A stretch of 63,997 bases of DNA, counting the filler, from Basidiobolus ranarum (Eukaryota), in NCBI GenBank assembly GCA_040143965.1. It is 3 parts of 3 records of this genome, joined end to end, with 100 filler letters (N's around TTAATTAATTAA, not from the genome) between each part and the next. Parts side by side here need not be neighbours in the genome. Positions count along the whole stretch, not along the records: positions 1 to 21,387 come from JASJQH010007081.1; positions 21,488 to 42,859 come from JASJQH010007082.1; 1 more part is not named here. One strand, 5' to 3'. The notes beneath the pieces are model-generated. The model was not told the DNA's origin. It saw only the letters and a program-made list of their open reading frames with translations, and made no database searches. Made by a program: the position numbers and the translations under genes. Of the stretch, positions 13,888 to 26,350 are shown in pieces; position 1 is the first letter of the stretch, and every line of letters begins with the position of its first letter.

Positions 13888-15533
13888 TCATCGAATCTCC
13901 TGCGTTTGACAGTACTGCTGCTCAGTTTGATACAATCGGCCTCTATCCGAACGGTCAACAAATTTTTGGTATACTTCAGCTGCTCGACGCTTATGGTATT
14001 CATAGCAATCAGAATCACTATCCTCATCCTCAGATATAAACCTAGGGGCAGGCCTTTTTCGTGGATACGATTGAACAACTGTCTTTCGTACCGGTGAAGT
14101 TGATGGTGAAGAAGAATCGGATGAGGAAACATCACTGTCTGATGAACTTGAATCGTTCTTCTCAGAGTTCGAGGAGCTGTCGGTGAAAATACGGGACATG
14201 CTGGTGGGATATTTTTTTCCTGAACGCGGGGCAACGGGGAATCCAGTTGAAACTGATTTGGTTGCTGCCGCACTAACTTCTCGTTCGAAATTCATATTAG
14301 CTTCTTGTATCATATCCTCGTCCAAATCTAAATCAATTTCTTCCTCTTGAACCTCAATTTTATGCTATACAGTGATTTTATATTAGTTGCTGAATAATTC
14401 AATCTTTGCACCAACAATATTAGCGTTACCTCGACCGGTGCTTTGCGTGGTTTGTTAACGCTCTTTTTGGCTGTGGCTGGCTTTTTCGTTTTTTCCGGAG
14501 TAGTAACGGCAACACTAGGAGTAGTGGTGGTGGCGGTAGGCTTACTTTTTCTGTAAAATTCTCGAAATATTAGTATTTTCTCGTTATCTCTGAGAGTCAT
14601 AGTTGGTAAATACCTTGCTGTTGATGGTTGAGCTTTTTGAACACGGTTGGCTCGACGTATACCCGAGCCTCCAGTGTGTCGTCGCCTGCATGGATGATCA
14701 GCAGGAACCTCGGATTCGTCCTTTAAATATTTACGTTACATTGAGTTATTTCATATTTAGGTTACCGAAAAAAATAGCTTATACTTACAACATGGGTTCC
14801 GCATTCTCTATGACATTGTTCAATGTTTGGAAATTCTAGTCTATGAGCAATTCGACAATGGTTGACAAATCCTTGAAGAGTGGCAAAATTACACCGATTG
14901 CAATCTGGACAAAACATTCTGTTGTAAGAAGGTAAAAGTAATTAGATCATGTAACAAATTCAAAGATAGGAATCAGCAAATCGATGCTTATATACATACT
15001 TAACATATGTACCATCTTCACTTCTGCTGTACAAAGGCGTGGTGTTGGACTCCTTTGCCGGTTTTCGAGGGATTCGTTTGGTTTGCTTTTTGGGCTTAGG
15101 AGGAGGACTAGGCTCGGGAATAAATTCTGCTGTAATATCGGGAGCATGGACGCGTCGAATACGAGGCTGGAAATCTGAAAACAAAAAAAGCATCATGTTT
15201 AGAAAATGGCCTGGTATTGGTACTTATATGAAGATATTGAAAAAATCGAAGAGGTAATTCAAGTGAATATTTACAGAAATTCATATATAACTCATTTTTA
15301 AGAAATAATACAGTACTCGTGTAAGGTAAAGAAATTCCAAATAGAAATAAACTTATAAAATGCCCACCTTGAGATACTAAAAATCTTAACTCTTCTATAC
15401 ACTCTTCACCTCTTTCCAACTCCATCTTAATCGCCGCAAGCTCACGTCTCTTAAGTAATATTTCTAGGTCAAATTGAGCTTCGAGGACGCTTCGAATTTT
15501 ATTTATAGCTGAGGGATCTGTTGAAACGACCAT
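13888..15533 (-). CDS. AHC1: AHC1-like (ADA HAT complex component) C2H2 zinc-finger protein
   Basis: N-terminal LEAQFDLEILLKRRELAAIKMEL coiled coil. An internal exon (~14790-14918) encodes MFCPDCNRCNFATLQGFVNHCRIAHRLEFPNIEQCHRECG, the Ahc1-type finger, preceded by RSEDGTYVK. Multi-exon; boundaries approximate. Confidence 0.7.
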
Positions 15534-15906
15534 GACTGAAGTACAAGTGCATAGGACTTCAAAGTATTCGGATGGAGAATGTAGGCTTTATTTTCCTATC
15601 AAATAAAAGGAAAAGACTTTCGACAAAAAGAGCTTTTTATCCGAAGCTGAAGGGCTTTTTTTACGAACGGGAAGATTTTTTGGTGAAAGTGTATATGTTG
15701 GAGTAGGATTATATAAGAAGTGACTTCGTAGCTCTTTTAAACCAATATCGGGATTTTTTACTGTGTAGTTTAGATTCTACTTAACGTAGGGAAATTTTCT
15801 CGACTTTTTTTCTTTCTATTTAATATTAGCTCTTGAACATTAAGCTTCGAGCCGGATCTCATTTAAATATTACTACTCTATATAAATATCAACCTGGACT
15901 GTTCGT

Positions 15907-16008
15907 AAAAAAATGAGCCATTGGTTGGTATCGAACCCTAGCCCTCAATTAATCAAGTATACTTCGAAACAGAACCCATAGTCGGCACTGATTGACCCGT
16001 CATGGCCC
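15907..16008 (-). pseudogene. Degenerate tRNA-like remnant / B-box element
   Basis: Minus strand reads GGGCCAT...GGTTCGATACCAACCAATGGCTCA followed by T7. It has a T-loop/B-box, acceptor-like complementarity and a Pol III-type terminator, but no clean D or anticodon arm. Confidence 0.3.
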
Positions 16009-16271
16009 TAACCCTAAATATCCCCCAATCATTGAATGAGCGAGGAAGATTAGATACTATCTGATGAGACCGCATATCGTGACAGCATATAGCGTTAGTA
16101 AGTCTATCCCACCTAACCCTAATACAAACCCCATTTACCTGGTTTCGTTCTCCTATATATTAGCTCTAAATATTAACCGATCACATGATTCAGCAGCCTT
16201 GCATTTGAAATTATCTGCTACAAAGGGTTACCGAGTCATAGATAGCTACCTAAGCCTCTTGAGAAGTGAGC

Positions 16272-17156
16272 ATGTCTGTTCAACTTGACTTACTCCAATG
16301 TCCTATATGCCTGGATATTGTTAATAAGCCACGTGAAACGCTGTGTTGTCACCAGCTACTTTGTCTAGACCATATTTCCCAGCTTCAACGGTGCCCTTCT
16401 TGTCGATATCAACCACTACGAGTTCAGTGCAACGTTCTTGCAGAGAGATTGATTGGCATTCAACCAGTTGATTGTCCTTTCGGCTGCACAGAAAATGTCA
16501 TCAGAAGTAACCTATCTGAACATAAGCGTATCTGTCAACAGCGACCTTTCTCTTGTCCATTTCACAGTTGTAGCGAAACTTCTTTCACTAAAGAGCCTAA
16601 TGAGCATTTTGGTATTTTAGCATTCAAGAATCATCTTATGGATAAACATGGTGACTTAATATTAGAGAGACTTCATTTACTTACTGAAGAATCGAACCTT
16701 TTTCAAAGTACCTCGATTCGTAACTTGGAGCCAGTAAGTGATAGGAGTCATATGCAAGATAAGCATCCAGATCCTATTGCACCTCGTTATAATTCTCGTG
16801 GCATAGTGGCTAGACTAGGGATAAATGGAAAGTACTATTGTGGGCAAGCGTTACCTGGTTTCTGTTGTCCTAACTGTGATGGTCACTGTGGGCCAGGGAA
16901 TGGGTGTAACTGTCCTGACTGCATGAAGCATGATGTAGAAGCTCGGAGACTTCCATATAGGTCGCTAGTTAACAGAGAAGGTTTTACCGCACGCAGATCT
17001 GATGCTATATTTCGTTTTTATTGTGGCAGAAAAGTCTTGGATGGTTATGCTGACTCTGATGGACACTGTGGTCCAACTGTTGGCCCAAATTGTGATTCTT
17101 GTGCTCTACTTGATAGGCAAGCACTGTCATTATATGCTAATTTAAATCCAAGATGA
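16272..17156 (+). CDS. RING + TRAF-type zinc-finger protein with two C-terminal YCG...DGxCGPxxGxNCxxC repeats (putative E3 ligase)
   Basis: CPIC...CCHQLLC..H...CPSC RING, CPFGC...H...C TRAF-type finger, two homologous Cys-rich repeats; intronless. Confidence 0.8.
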   Translation: MSVQLDLLQCPICLDIVNKPRETLCCHQLLCLDHISQLQRCPSCRYQPLRVQCNVLAERLIGIQPVDCPFGCTENVIRSNLSEHKRICQQRPFSCPFHSCSETSFTKEPNEHFGILAFKNHLMDKHGDLILERLHLLTEESNLFQSTSIRNLEPVSDRSHMQDKHPDPIAPRYNSRGIVARLGINGKYYCGQALPGFCCPNCDGHCGPGNGCNCPDCMKHDVEARRLPYRSLVNREGFTARRSDAIFRFYCGRKVLDGYADSDGHCGPTVGPNCDSCALLDRQALSLYANLNPR

Positions 17157-17296
17157 ACTACCACCCACTACTTCACTATCTCCATCTAGCCCACAATTAT
17201 TGTTTAAACTCACCCTATTTCCTAATATACCTATTGCCAAATAAAGATATTTCTTTTCTTATTTTCCACTGTAATACATAATAATAATAAACTATT

Positions 17297-17644
17297 TGTT
17301 GAAGTATTTTGGGAGTTTGTTGAAAGTGGTTTGGAGAACTAGAAGAATTGATGGTTTTCACTTATTGATTTATTGAGTAGAAAGTTGTCATTTATGGTTT
17401 TTTTAAGATGTAAATAAACAGACATGTATAATATGCTAAAGAAGGTCCCAGTGACATGTGTGTAGAATTTAAGGCTTTTAGGAAAAGTTTGGAAATCTAT
17501 ATATCTGAGAACTCCCAAGTTGGTAAAAATATTCTTAGTAAATTCCTCCAGAGAATAGTGAGTGATCTCTTAATTCCATATGGAATAACCAAGTACTAAG
17601 CTATATATGCCTATATAAATACTTAGGCTATGCCAATTTCAACA
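17297..17644. mobile_element. Solo LTR (older copy)
   Basis: Begins TGTTGAA, ends TTCAACA and aligns along its length with 52670-52997. Flanks ctatt/ctaca match only partly. Confidence 0.75.
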
Positions 17645-19169
17645 CTACACTAGATGGACTTCAATATTACAAAGTATCCACAACCTTACATTTTCATCAT
17701 CAAAGCAACCATCCAAGTAGCACTAGGCCTATCCTGAATTTGGATAGGTATAGTAATCAAGAATCTAATGCCAATAGCCAATCATGCACTCTCCAGTACT
17801 CCCCTATAATTGCTCATTGGTTATTACTAATACAATCCTCTACCAATCATCCCAAAGGCACATATGATTTTCCCAATGTTTGATATTAGTCATTACATAT
17901 TTGAGTTTATACAAGATATTTTCCAAACTTACAGAAATAAGTTAAGATTTAAAAGAGTTGCACTGTAAAAAATTCAAGTTCAAGGCTGTAAGGCCAGCAT
18001 CATAAAGATATTTTTAAGACTACTCTAAGCAAAGCTGTTGTACTGATATAATAGAAGTGCCATATTTTCAAAGAGTGGTCAGTAAGTTGAAAGATATAGG
18101 ATTGAGTGTATTGAGGCCCATGTATGATGCGCTCAAATATAGTTTTCTTCAGCCACATACCAAGCCAAAGAGATCAATAAGATTTGTTAGTGATACTGCT
18201 CCAACTTGACTGGCATTAAGGAACCTGCACGAAGTAGAAGCATTCCTTGAAGTAGATGATGAACCTAGTGTACTTGGGATAGAGTCAAGTTAGATAATTT
18301 AAGCTTTCCTTAGTCCAATGTGTATAAAGTAGTGTATGGCTCAATTACAGTATTGAAAATTGAATATACCATGGGGATTTTAGAAACACATCAGTGCCAG
18401 TAGTAATGAATGGAAATCGGCCTCCACTTCTATTTCATATCACTTCATATCATGAATACATTGTTTTTAACAAATCCAAGGTGGGCAGGCAGCTCTCACT
18501 GAATGCTTATGAACAAAATTCTTAGATAGTGCAAGATATCTCAGTTTAGTCAGACATATTGCATTCCAGATTAATCAGAAACTCGAGAATACAATAAATC
18601 TTAACGCTGGGTAAATATCATCTCGGATAAAAATCCATTCAAAATATTCCCAGGTAACTGAAGCATCACCAACTTTATACAGACTAATACCAAAACTGCT
18701 TTCGTCGTCGGACAAATAATAAGTTAAAAACGTTATTTCCGTCCACATTTCTCCACAATATATTGGCGTAATTGAACAGATCATTTACTAATTAAGGTAA
18801 AATTAAAACATGTGTGACAAAGAGTTCCCAAATGAATGTACCGATGGAGGCTTATTTGCTGGCTCACAGCTTGAGCTACTCTAAAGTTTGGTTTGAATGT
18901 TGGAGAGGTGCGGAATTTGAATTCATCGCCATCTTGTGAGCATATTTCAAAATTCATTTAACCATTTAGGCCGTTAGACTATATACTACTTTAATGCTCT
19001 GTGGGTAAAAGGAAAGATAGCCTTGCTAAATGTAGACGGTCAGCACAGATAGAAATTCTACAAACTAAAGGTTCATCTGGAATCGAAACTATGAAATCTC
19101 TCATACTTCATTATAAATACCGAAGGGTAGGTGCTAGTGGTTGTTCAGTAAAGCTTCTCTACTACTGCA

Positions 19170-20069
19170 ATGTTATTCTCCAAGCTGTTTCCATCCGTTG
19201 CCGTTCTTCTAAGTCTAGTGACATTGACTGTTGCTCACATGGAGATGATCCAGCCACCTCCTCGTAACTCGAAGTATAATCCTACTTTCCAGGGGACTCC
19301 AGATTATAATATGGTCAATCCTTTAGGCGTTTATCCATGCAAGGGCTATGGACAAGGGAAGGTGGTTCAGACTGTACAAGCTGGTAGCGCTATTAGTGTT
19401 AAGCTTAATGGAATTGCTACTCATCAAGGAGGACATTGTCAGTTTGCCATATCTTATGATGGTGGTAAGAACTTTGTCGTGTTGAGTACAATCTACAACA
19501 ATTGCATCATCGCTTCTTTGGATTACTCAGTTACTATCCCAAGTACTGCTGGTTCCAGTAAAAATGTGATCTTTGCCTGGGCATGGATCAACAAAATTGG
19601 TAATCGTGAGTACTATATGAATTGCGCTGATATCGAGATTACGGGTTCTGCCGATGGTTATATTACTGGACCAAAGCTATTGGTGGTTAATCTTCCAGGC
19701 TACCCTACCATTCCAGAGTTCCCACGAGATGGTCCCAACGACGGAAGAGACTTGTTGGCAGCACGACCAACCATCACAATTCGCCCCGAAGGAAACACCT
19801 CTCCGACAACTACAAGTGAGACTACCCCATCAAAAACTACCACTACCACCTCCACTCCGATTACCACTAGCAGCACCACTAAAACTGTCAATGCTACACC
19901 TACCTCAGGTACTGGCATCTGTAATGGAGTCTCCTCCTGGAATGCAGGAACAGCATATTTCGAATCTCAAAAAGCCACCTATAATGGTCACTTATGGCAA
20001 GCTCAGTGGTGGACTCAAAACCAAACCCCAGGGTCTAACAGTGTCTGGTTAGATCTAGGAGCTTGTTAA
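19170..20069 (+). CDS. Secreted AA11-like lytic polysaccharide monooxygenase with Thr-rich linker and C-terminal CBM5/12 chitin-binding module
   Basis: Signal peptide then His1 (HMEM), YPCKG, HQGGHCQF, FAWAWINKIGNREYYMNCADI. C-terminal WNAGTAY...YNGHLWQAQWWTQNQTPG..VWLDLGAC. Confidence 0.9.
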   Translation: MLFSKLFPSVAVLLSLVTLTVAHMEMIQPPPRNSKYNPTFQGTPDYNMVNPLGVYPCKGYGQGKVVQTVQAGSAISVKLNGIATHQGGHCQFAISYDGGKNFVVLSTIYNNCIIASLDYSVTIPSTAGSSKNVIFAWAWINKIGNREYYMNCADIEITGSADGYITGPKLLVVNLPGYPTIPEFPRDGPNDGRDLLAARPTITIRPEGNTSPTTTSETTPSKTTTTTSTPITTSSTTKTVNATPTSGTGICNGVSSWNAGTAYFESQKATYNGHLWQAQWWTQNQTPGSNSVWLDLGAC

Positions 20070-20935
20070 ACTTCACTGTTGCTCAAGAATATGACTTTAT
20101 GAAATAAAATTCGATTACAAATCCTTTGATTAGGATATACAGTGTAGAGCGTATAATACTAGGGCAAAGCTAGAGCAGTAGATATTCAGTTTAAGAATCA
20201 AGGGCATTGATTAATAAGCTACTTATGGTTACCATTGTTAGATATTCGTAACTCTGGTCAACTACTGCTGCTAATATTCTAAAATATCCATAAACATTGT
20301 AGAGTGTCGGAAATAGAAATGAAGTTGAAAGTCCTCCACACACTTTCGCAAATAGCGCCAAATCAATTTCCTTTGTGACCAAGCCACATCGTTCACGTGC
20401 TTTTCATAGTTTCAAGTAAAAGGTTTGTTAATTACGTAAACTAAGGGTTAATTACCAGTAAGCTCAGTAGTTTATACTATTATTGATAAATCACAATGCT
20501 GCTAGTTTGAGCTCGAATGCAGTAATCATGGATATTCTCGAATGTAGTAATTATGAATATTCTACCACATCTTTTATCAAGTGTTCATTACAACTACCCG
20601 GTCTAGACCTATATGGCATGGTTCAAATCTAACATTTCATTAACGCTGTACTTACAATGATCGATAAGCTCGTTATAGTTCTTAATACTTCTGATACCTT
20701 TATTCATTTCATCCGAAAAAGTAGTAAAAATTAGCATGTTAAGAGATAAGAAGGAATATTCAATATCATGCTTATAGTTAAGTATCGATACAAAGTGGTG
20801 ATATCAATGTGACTCAAGTTCTGATACTTTTCGTAACTAACATATGGCTAACAGTTATAGTCATGACTATCACTCTCGGAAAACACTGTCTGATGCAAGA
20901 CAAGGGGAAGGATACGCTCTATTAATTATAGAAAC

Positions 20936-21061
20936 CACCTATCTTTCTTGCCTCTTCACCTATCTTTCTTGCCTCTTCACCTATCTTTCTTGCCTCTTCA
21001 CCTATCTTTCTTGCCTCTTCACCTATCTTTCTTGCCTCTTCACCTATCTTTCTTGCCTCTT
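20936..21061. repeat. 21-bp minisatellite, 6 perfect copies
   Basis: (cacctatctttcttgcctctt)x6. Confidence 0.95.
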
Positions 21062-21387
21062 CATATCCACTGTTGACTTGTTATTAAATTGTATATAACA
21101 AAAAAAGGATTACCGATCGAATAGATGTATCTAATAACACCACGCCTTGATCATTCTAGGATCAAATAATGAGTAAGAACGCGATCATGAACTTCGACAA
21201 TTCCGGTATGAGGTTAGCTTCAATTCATCGACAATTCCGGCCTAGCTTCAATTCATTGACAATTCAGGTTTAGCTCCAAAACCTTCTTTTTATTCGATTT
21301 AGGAATTCTCAAGATATCGAGCGTAGATCTGATATAACAAAAAAATAAGATACAAGCTAAGGAAACCAACTAAGACCAAGCTAAGGA

Positions 21388-21487
21388 NNNNNNNNNNNNN
21401 NNNNNNNNNNNNNNNNNNNNNNNNNNNNNNNTTAATTAATTAANNNNNNNNNNNNNNNNNNNNNNNNNNNNNNNNNNNNNNNNNNNN
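21388..21487. other. Scaffold gap with six-frame-stop linker
   Basis: 100 nt of N with ttaattaattaa at 21432-21443. Confidence 0.97.
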
Positions 21488-21537
21488 ATGATAAGTAGTG
21501 TGAAATTTGAATGTATTGAGTTGATTTTATGCAGAAA

Positions 21538-21650
21538 TACATATAATAAAAGCCACTCTATACAAGAAATTATTTCTCATACATATAATAAAAGCAATTC
21601 TATTCAAGAAATTATTTCTCATACATATAATAAAAGCAATTCTATACAAC
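21538..21650. repeat. ~42-bp tandem repeat, ~2.7 copies
   Basis: tacatataataaaagc(c/a)a(c/t)tctat(a/t)caagaaattatttctca repeated beside the gap. Confidence 0.8.
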
Positions 21651-22791
21651 ACTTACCACCTACCACCTACCAAAACTCTCATACAGTTCAAATGTCAGAC
21701 TTAACAAGTGGAGCACGTACTTAGAATATAAATCTATTTTATTTGGAGCAACTTATTTGGCCATAGGTACAAGCAGTATATAGGAGTTCTATTTGAGTTG
21801 ATTAAAGAGAAGCACAATATTTTAGATTCATTATTATCGCCACGTATTAATATTGTTAGCATAGCAATAAGCAATATTATACTTTGTGATCTAAACGATA
21901 TAATAAATAATATATATGCAATAGCAACATTACCACTAATGTTTCTGAATCAGTGAACATTGATAGTGCGTTGGCCAATAGAGTGATAAAGCCGTTATAT
22001 TATAACACCAACTTAGTGCGATTGATACAATGCGCGCAAGAGCCAAAGATACTAAATTCCCGCACATTCCGGCACATTAGAATTGGTTCCCAAGAGTTTA
22101 AATTTCTGGATTATTGATCGAAATCACGTGAATTGATAGCATTCCCGATTCGTTCCTTCCGCAAACGAGGTACATTTATTAAGACTACTAGCTGTCCCTA
22201 ACCCAAAGTCAGCGAGGTGAATTCAGTGAAGATCCTCTCACTCTCATGGCTACAGTCAGAACGAGACAAGACCTGCTTAAAGGGAGAGTGTGAATCCATG
22301 CATGTATTAGATCGGGAATGTTTGATAGGCTGTTAGATGTTATATAATCCAATGTACGGTTAGATATTATATAAGCAAGTGCAAGAGAAATCATACAGTA
22401 TGGCCTTTCTATTTAGTGGTGGATAGCGGTGAATAGTGACAGATAGTGATACCTTTAACAGGTGGGCAAATAATGGCAACAAGTACATTTAGCGTGACGA
22501 TAAAGAATTTGTTCCATAATAGAAGCTATATAACAAATTGTGAGAGCCAGCCGCTGATAAATAATTCAAACTAAATTGCCTCTCCCAATCAACAACTCTT
22601 GTTTATTGCCATGGGGGTGTTACAAAACATTCGTAACGTTTGTCGATGTGTTTGGGATAATTCACTAGGACACGGAGACATTGGTTTGGAAACTGAAGGC
22701 GTATAAATTTCTGAGTTATGTCTTTTATAACATTCGATTTAACTGACTTTTCATATACTGAGCCTTTCAACAACTACACCCAACCAGCGTA

Positions 22792-23577
22792 ATGTGGTAT
22801 TCAACCAAAGCGACAATCTCTCTTCTTTCTTGGTTACCTTCCATCACTGTATTTGGACAGTTAGTCAGTGGTAGCCCAAACTTTGAAGGACCCCATGGAT
22901 TAGTTGCCGGAGGGCATCATTGGGAAAAACCCAGCGATGCCATTCGCGGGCCATGTCCAGTGATGAATACTTTGGCGAATCATGGTTATCTTCCGCGTTC
23001 CGGTCGAAATATCACTATATTTCAAATGCGGAATGGGATGCGTGAAGCACTCAATATTCCTCCTATTGTTCGTGATGTACTTACAGAGATGATTTTCAAC
23101 AAAATTGGAAAATTTACAGAAACTAGTTTCGTCTTGCCAGATCTTAGAGAGATGAAATTTCACAACTTTATTGAGCATGACTTCTCGTTGTCCCGCCAGG
23201 ACACAAACCTGGGCGATCCAGTGAATGCTGATCCAGAGTTGCTTAAGCAATTGGAGGAGGCCTCAAGTGAAGAGGACATGTACACATTGGACGATTTAGT
23301 AAAACTAAGTAATAAGCGTATGAAGCACAGCCTGAAGTACAATCCTTTAGTTACCTACAATTTTAGGACCAAGGGTACCATGCATTTAGAAATAGCTCTG
23401 TTCCTTGATATCTTTGGGAAGAACAATACTGTCTCCAAGCAAACATTGATGGATATTTTTGCTCGCGAACGTTTGCCAGAACATTTCCAGAAGTCTGAGA
23501 CGGCCAATTTTGCATCTTTTGTGGCTACACTTCTTGAGGTCGCAATTAAATCCAAATTGTTTAATCCGGAGATGTAA
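22792..23577 (+). CDS. Heme-thiolate peroxidase / short unspecific peroxygenase (chloroperoxidase family)
   Basis: RGPCPVMNTLANHGYLPRSG (PCP heme ligand), IEHDFSLSRQD, signal-peptide-like N-terminus; intronless. Confidence 0.92.
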   Translation: MWYSTKATISLLSWLPSITVFGQLVSGSPNFEGPHGLVAGGHHWEKPSDAIRGPCPVMNTLANHGYLPRSGRNITIFQMRNGMREALNIPPIVRDVLTEMIFNKIGKFTETSFVLPDLREMKFHNFIEHDFSLSRQDTNLGDPVNADPELLKQLEEASSEEDMYTLDDLVKLSNKRMKHSLKYNPLVTYNFRTKGTMHLEIALFLDIFGKNNTVSKQTLMDIFARERLPEHFQKSETANFASFVATLLEVAIKSKLFNPEM

Positions 23578-23959
23578 TATGAATGCATCAAACACACAGG
23601 TTTCCGAAAATCACTACAGAAGAAAAGTCTGGCTATATATATATATATAAATAAAACAATATGTATTAATTGAGAATAAAGTTCTCCTACTTATATATCT
23701 GAACATTAGTAAGGGGCATGAGAGTTTTGTTAAATGTTAGGGAGAATCTGCTAACAAACATTCAACAAAGGAAATTCTGAATCGGATCACTTGCAGAACT
23801 TACTCTAAGGTATATATATATAGAGATGCTGAACCCCTTATTGTATCAATACTTTCATTATATTTATTATATAAGCCTAAACCTATTACTAGTCCTATTA
23901 CACACCAAACTAGATACAAATCACCAAATGAAAGGGTGCATAGTAGTTCATCCATTTGA

Positions 23960-25409
23960 TTACAAAGCTTTTTGATGCTCTGGATAATGGCTAGCCTCGT
24001 GGTCAACATGAACAAATGCACGCTCAACATTTGGTAAAGCTTCCAACTTGATTTGCAGACTCTCGCCTATCTCATGACTTTCGATCAGCGGGGTTTCCGG
24101 GGCTAAGACAATATCCACTTCCACAAGAAGATTGCTACCCGCGTAATAGGCACGGCAGGTATCAACTTGTAAGACTTTTGGATTATGGGTCAATGCTGAT
24201 ATTACAACATGTTAGTTAGATGTGCTCAAGTAGAGTCTAAGAGCTACAGTAGTTACCAATATAAGTGATCTTCTTAAGGAAATTAGGATCCGCTGATTTT
24301 CCAACAAGCAATTCAATATTCTCTAGAAATTCAAACTTGATGTTAGAGGTGAAACTCAGCCATGATTATAAATGAAGGGGTACCATAAGCTGTGCTAGTC
24401 CAGGATTTCATAATAAGAAGCGCTATAGCCAAAGCACCAGCAGGATCAACCCACCATGCAATCTTGGTTCCTAACACAGCAGCAATCAAACCAAAAGTAT
24501 TTACAAAGACATCATTCATGTGATCCTGTGCACACGCTTGAGCAGAAGGCGAGTCTATAAGAGTCCTGCAGTAAAAAAACAACACAGTCTTGACTCCTAA
24601 AGCAATTGCTATGCATATAATACCCCCAGTGCCCAATGCAGGCGAATGGTCGTGAAGAATTAACGCTCTAACTCCTTCAATCTACCCGGGAAAGTCGACG
24701 ATCAACCATAGCATCAGAATAAAGCATCGGAATAAATTGAAATGAATAATCGACAAACCATTAATCCTAGCGAAAGAGTACCCATCAATGCAGAAAATAT
24801 AATGACACCAACTGTTTCCAAACGAGCCTTACCCTAAATTCGGATGTTAGTGGTATATATTTTCCCTAATAAACTTGGCTTACGTACCACAGGATACTTG
24901 AGTAAGTTGCTTTTGGCAATAGCTCTCGCAGCATACACCAAAACTGCACTGGACAAAGCATCCATGAATGATTCAGCCATGGTCGCAAGAATCGATAGTG
25001 AGTGAGAACTGATTGCTGCATAAAGTTGTAGTCCAAACAAAGCGAGATTTGCACAAAAGGAACCATACACAGCGATTTTAACCTAAGGTATATCTGTTAA
25101 TCATCTCCAACGTCGCTCAACAAAAATCACATGGAATACCTTAAGTCGTTGTGTATCTTCCTCATCAGGATTGCTAGAGCTTACAGGAGCCAGCAAACTA
25201 TCAATGATTTCGTTCTGTTCCTCGTAAAAAGACAATACTCCCTTTCCGTGGCTTTTCTTTACCTCTCGAAGCTGGTCCAATGACATACGACTAGAGCCCA
25301 ATAATAAAGGATCTTGCTCTTGGTTGAGGCTGGCAGAGCGATGCACTAGTTCAGAGAGATTACTCGGATTCGGCAGATAGCCTAACTCTAACGAACTTGA
25401 ACCCTCCAT
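23960..25409 (-). CDS. Cation diffusion facilitator, MTP/Mn-CDF-like metal transporter
   Basis: FYEEQNEIID, SLSILATMAESFMD, KYPVGKARLE, AQDHMND, DPAGA, RAYYAGSNLLVEVDIV, HEIGESLQIKLEALPNVERAFVHVD across GT-AG exons. ATG at 25409. Confidence 0.92.
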
Positions 25410-26350
25410 TTTACTCAAACCAAACTCAGTAAAGTGCGCGAGTAAATCTAAGAAATTCAGGTTAATTCAGGGTGGATAATAATCTATTTATAAGAGTAAT
25501 CAAGTCATTGAATGGGTGTCTGAATAATTAATAGACGGCACAAAGCAGCATGTGGAGGAGAATAAACACGATGGGAGAATATTATGGCTATTCTAATTCC
25601 GGTATATCTCTACCCTACAACATATGCGGTGTATCTTAGTGGATCATCGAACATATATAGCATGAGATAAGAATTACCTAACATTCAATAGGAATTTTCT
25701 CTTTCCTAATCTGAGATATCCTCCTCTATCAATCTCATAGTATTGACCAAAGAGTTCAATCTGGTTTATACCTGTCGTCTAGCTTTGTCTTTTATATACC
25801 TGAGAAAGTTCTTTATGAAAATTAGATTTTTTCTGTTCGGAAGTGCCAAAGTGTAGATGAAGAGCAGTGTATGACAAAATAGTTATGTATTCGATCATCT
25901 GGGGGACGTCTTCCAGGAACCAAGCCTATCACCCCAAATTTCTCCCAAATTCTTTAGCAATACTTGAGTTCCCTCTCCTAAATTCTTGAATCATCGGATA
26001 GTACCATCACTCAGAATGATAATAGACTACCTTTGATAAAGATTCAGACCCTAGGTTCATGCTCGTCCACATAGATTATTCAAATAGAACCCTATCTAGC
26101 CTATAGATTGGCTGCTCTCATGAAGATCATCTATTACTGACTAAAAGTTCCAAAACTATCATGTCCAGATATGAATAGGTTAGACTGCTGTATTATCTGT
26201 TCGCCCAATATGGTTAATCATATCATTGAAATCTTAATATCGCATAATATTTGATCAAATATCCTTCATTTTAGCCAGAAAAAACTATGCAAGTTGTAAA
26301 TCATTAAATATTGTTTTTCATTTTAGGCTTAGGAGAGTTAGATACAATGG

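Noticed and set aside
17650-18560. CpG-poor, degenerate coding-like DNA next to the solo LTR
   Set aside because: No recognisable gag/pol motif, PBS or ORF; cannot be assigned.
20936-21061. Regular 21-bp repeats as a CRISPR array or repeat-protein ORF (TYLSCLF)n
   Set aside because: No spacers, eukaryotic context; a plain minisatellite near a gap.
21432-21443. ttaattaattaa palindrome inside N runs (also 42904-42915)
   Set aside because: Artificial scaffolding linker with stops in all frames.
19170-25409. LPMO, peroxygenase and metal transporter as a functional cluster
   Set aside because: Interrupted by a gap of unknown size; no shared regulatory signal seen; adjacency alone is insufficient.
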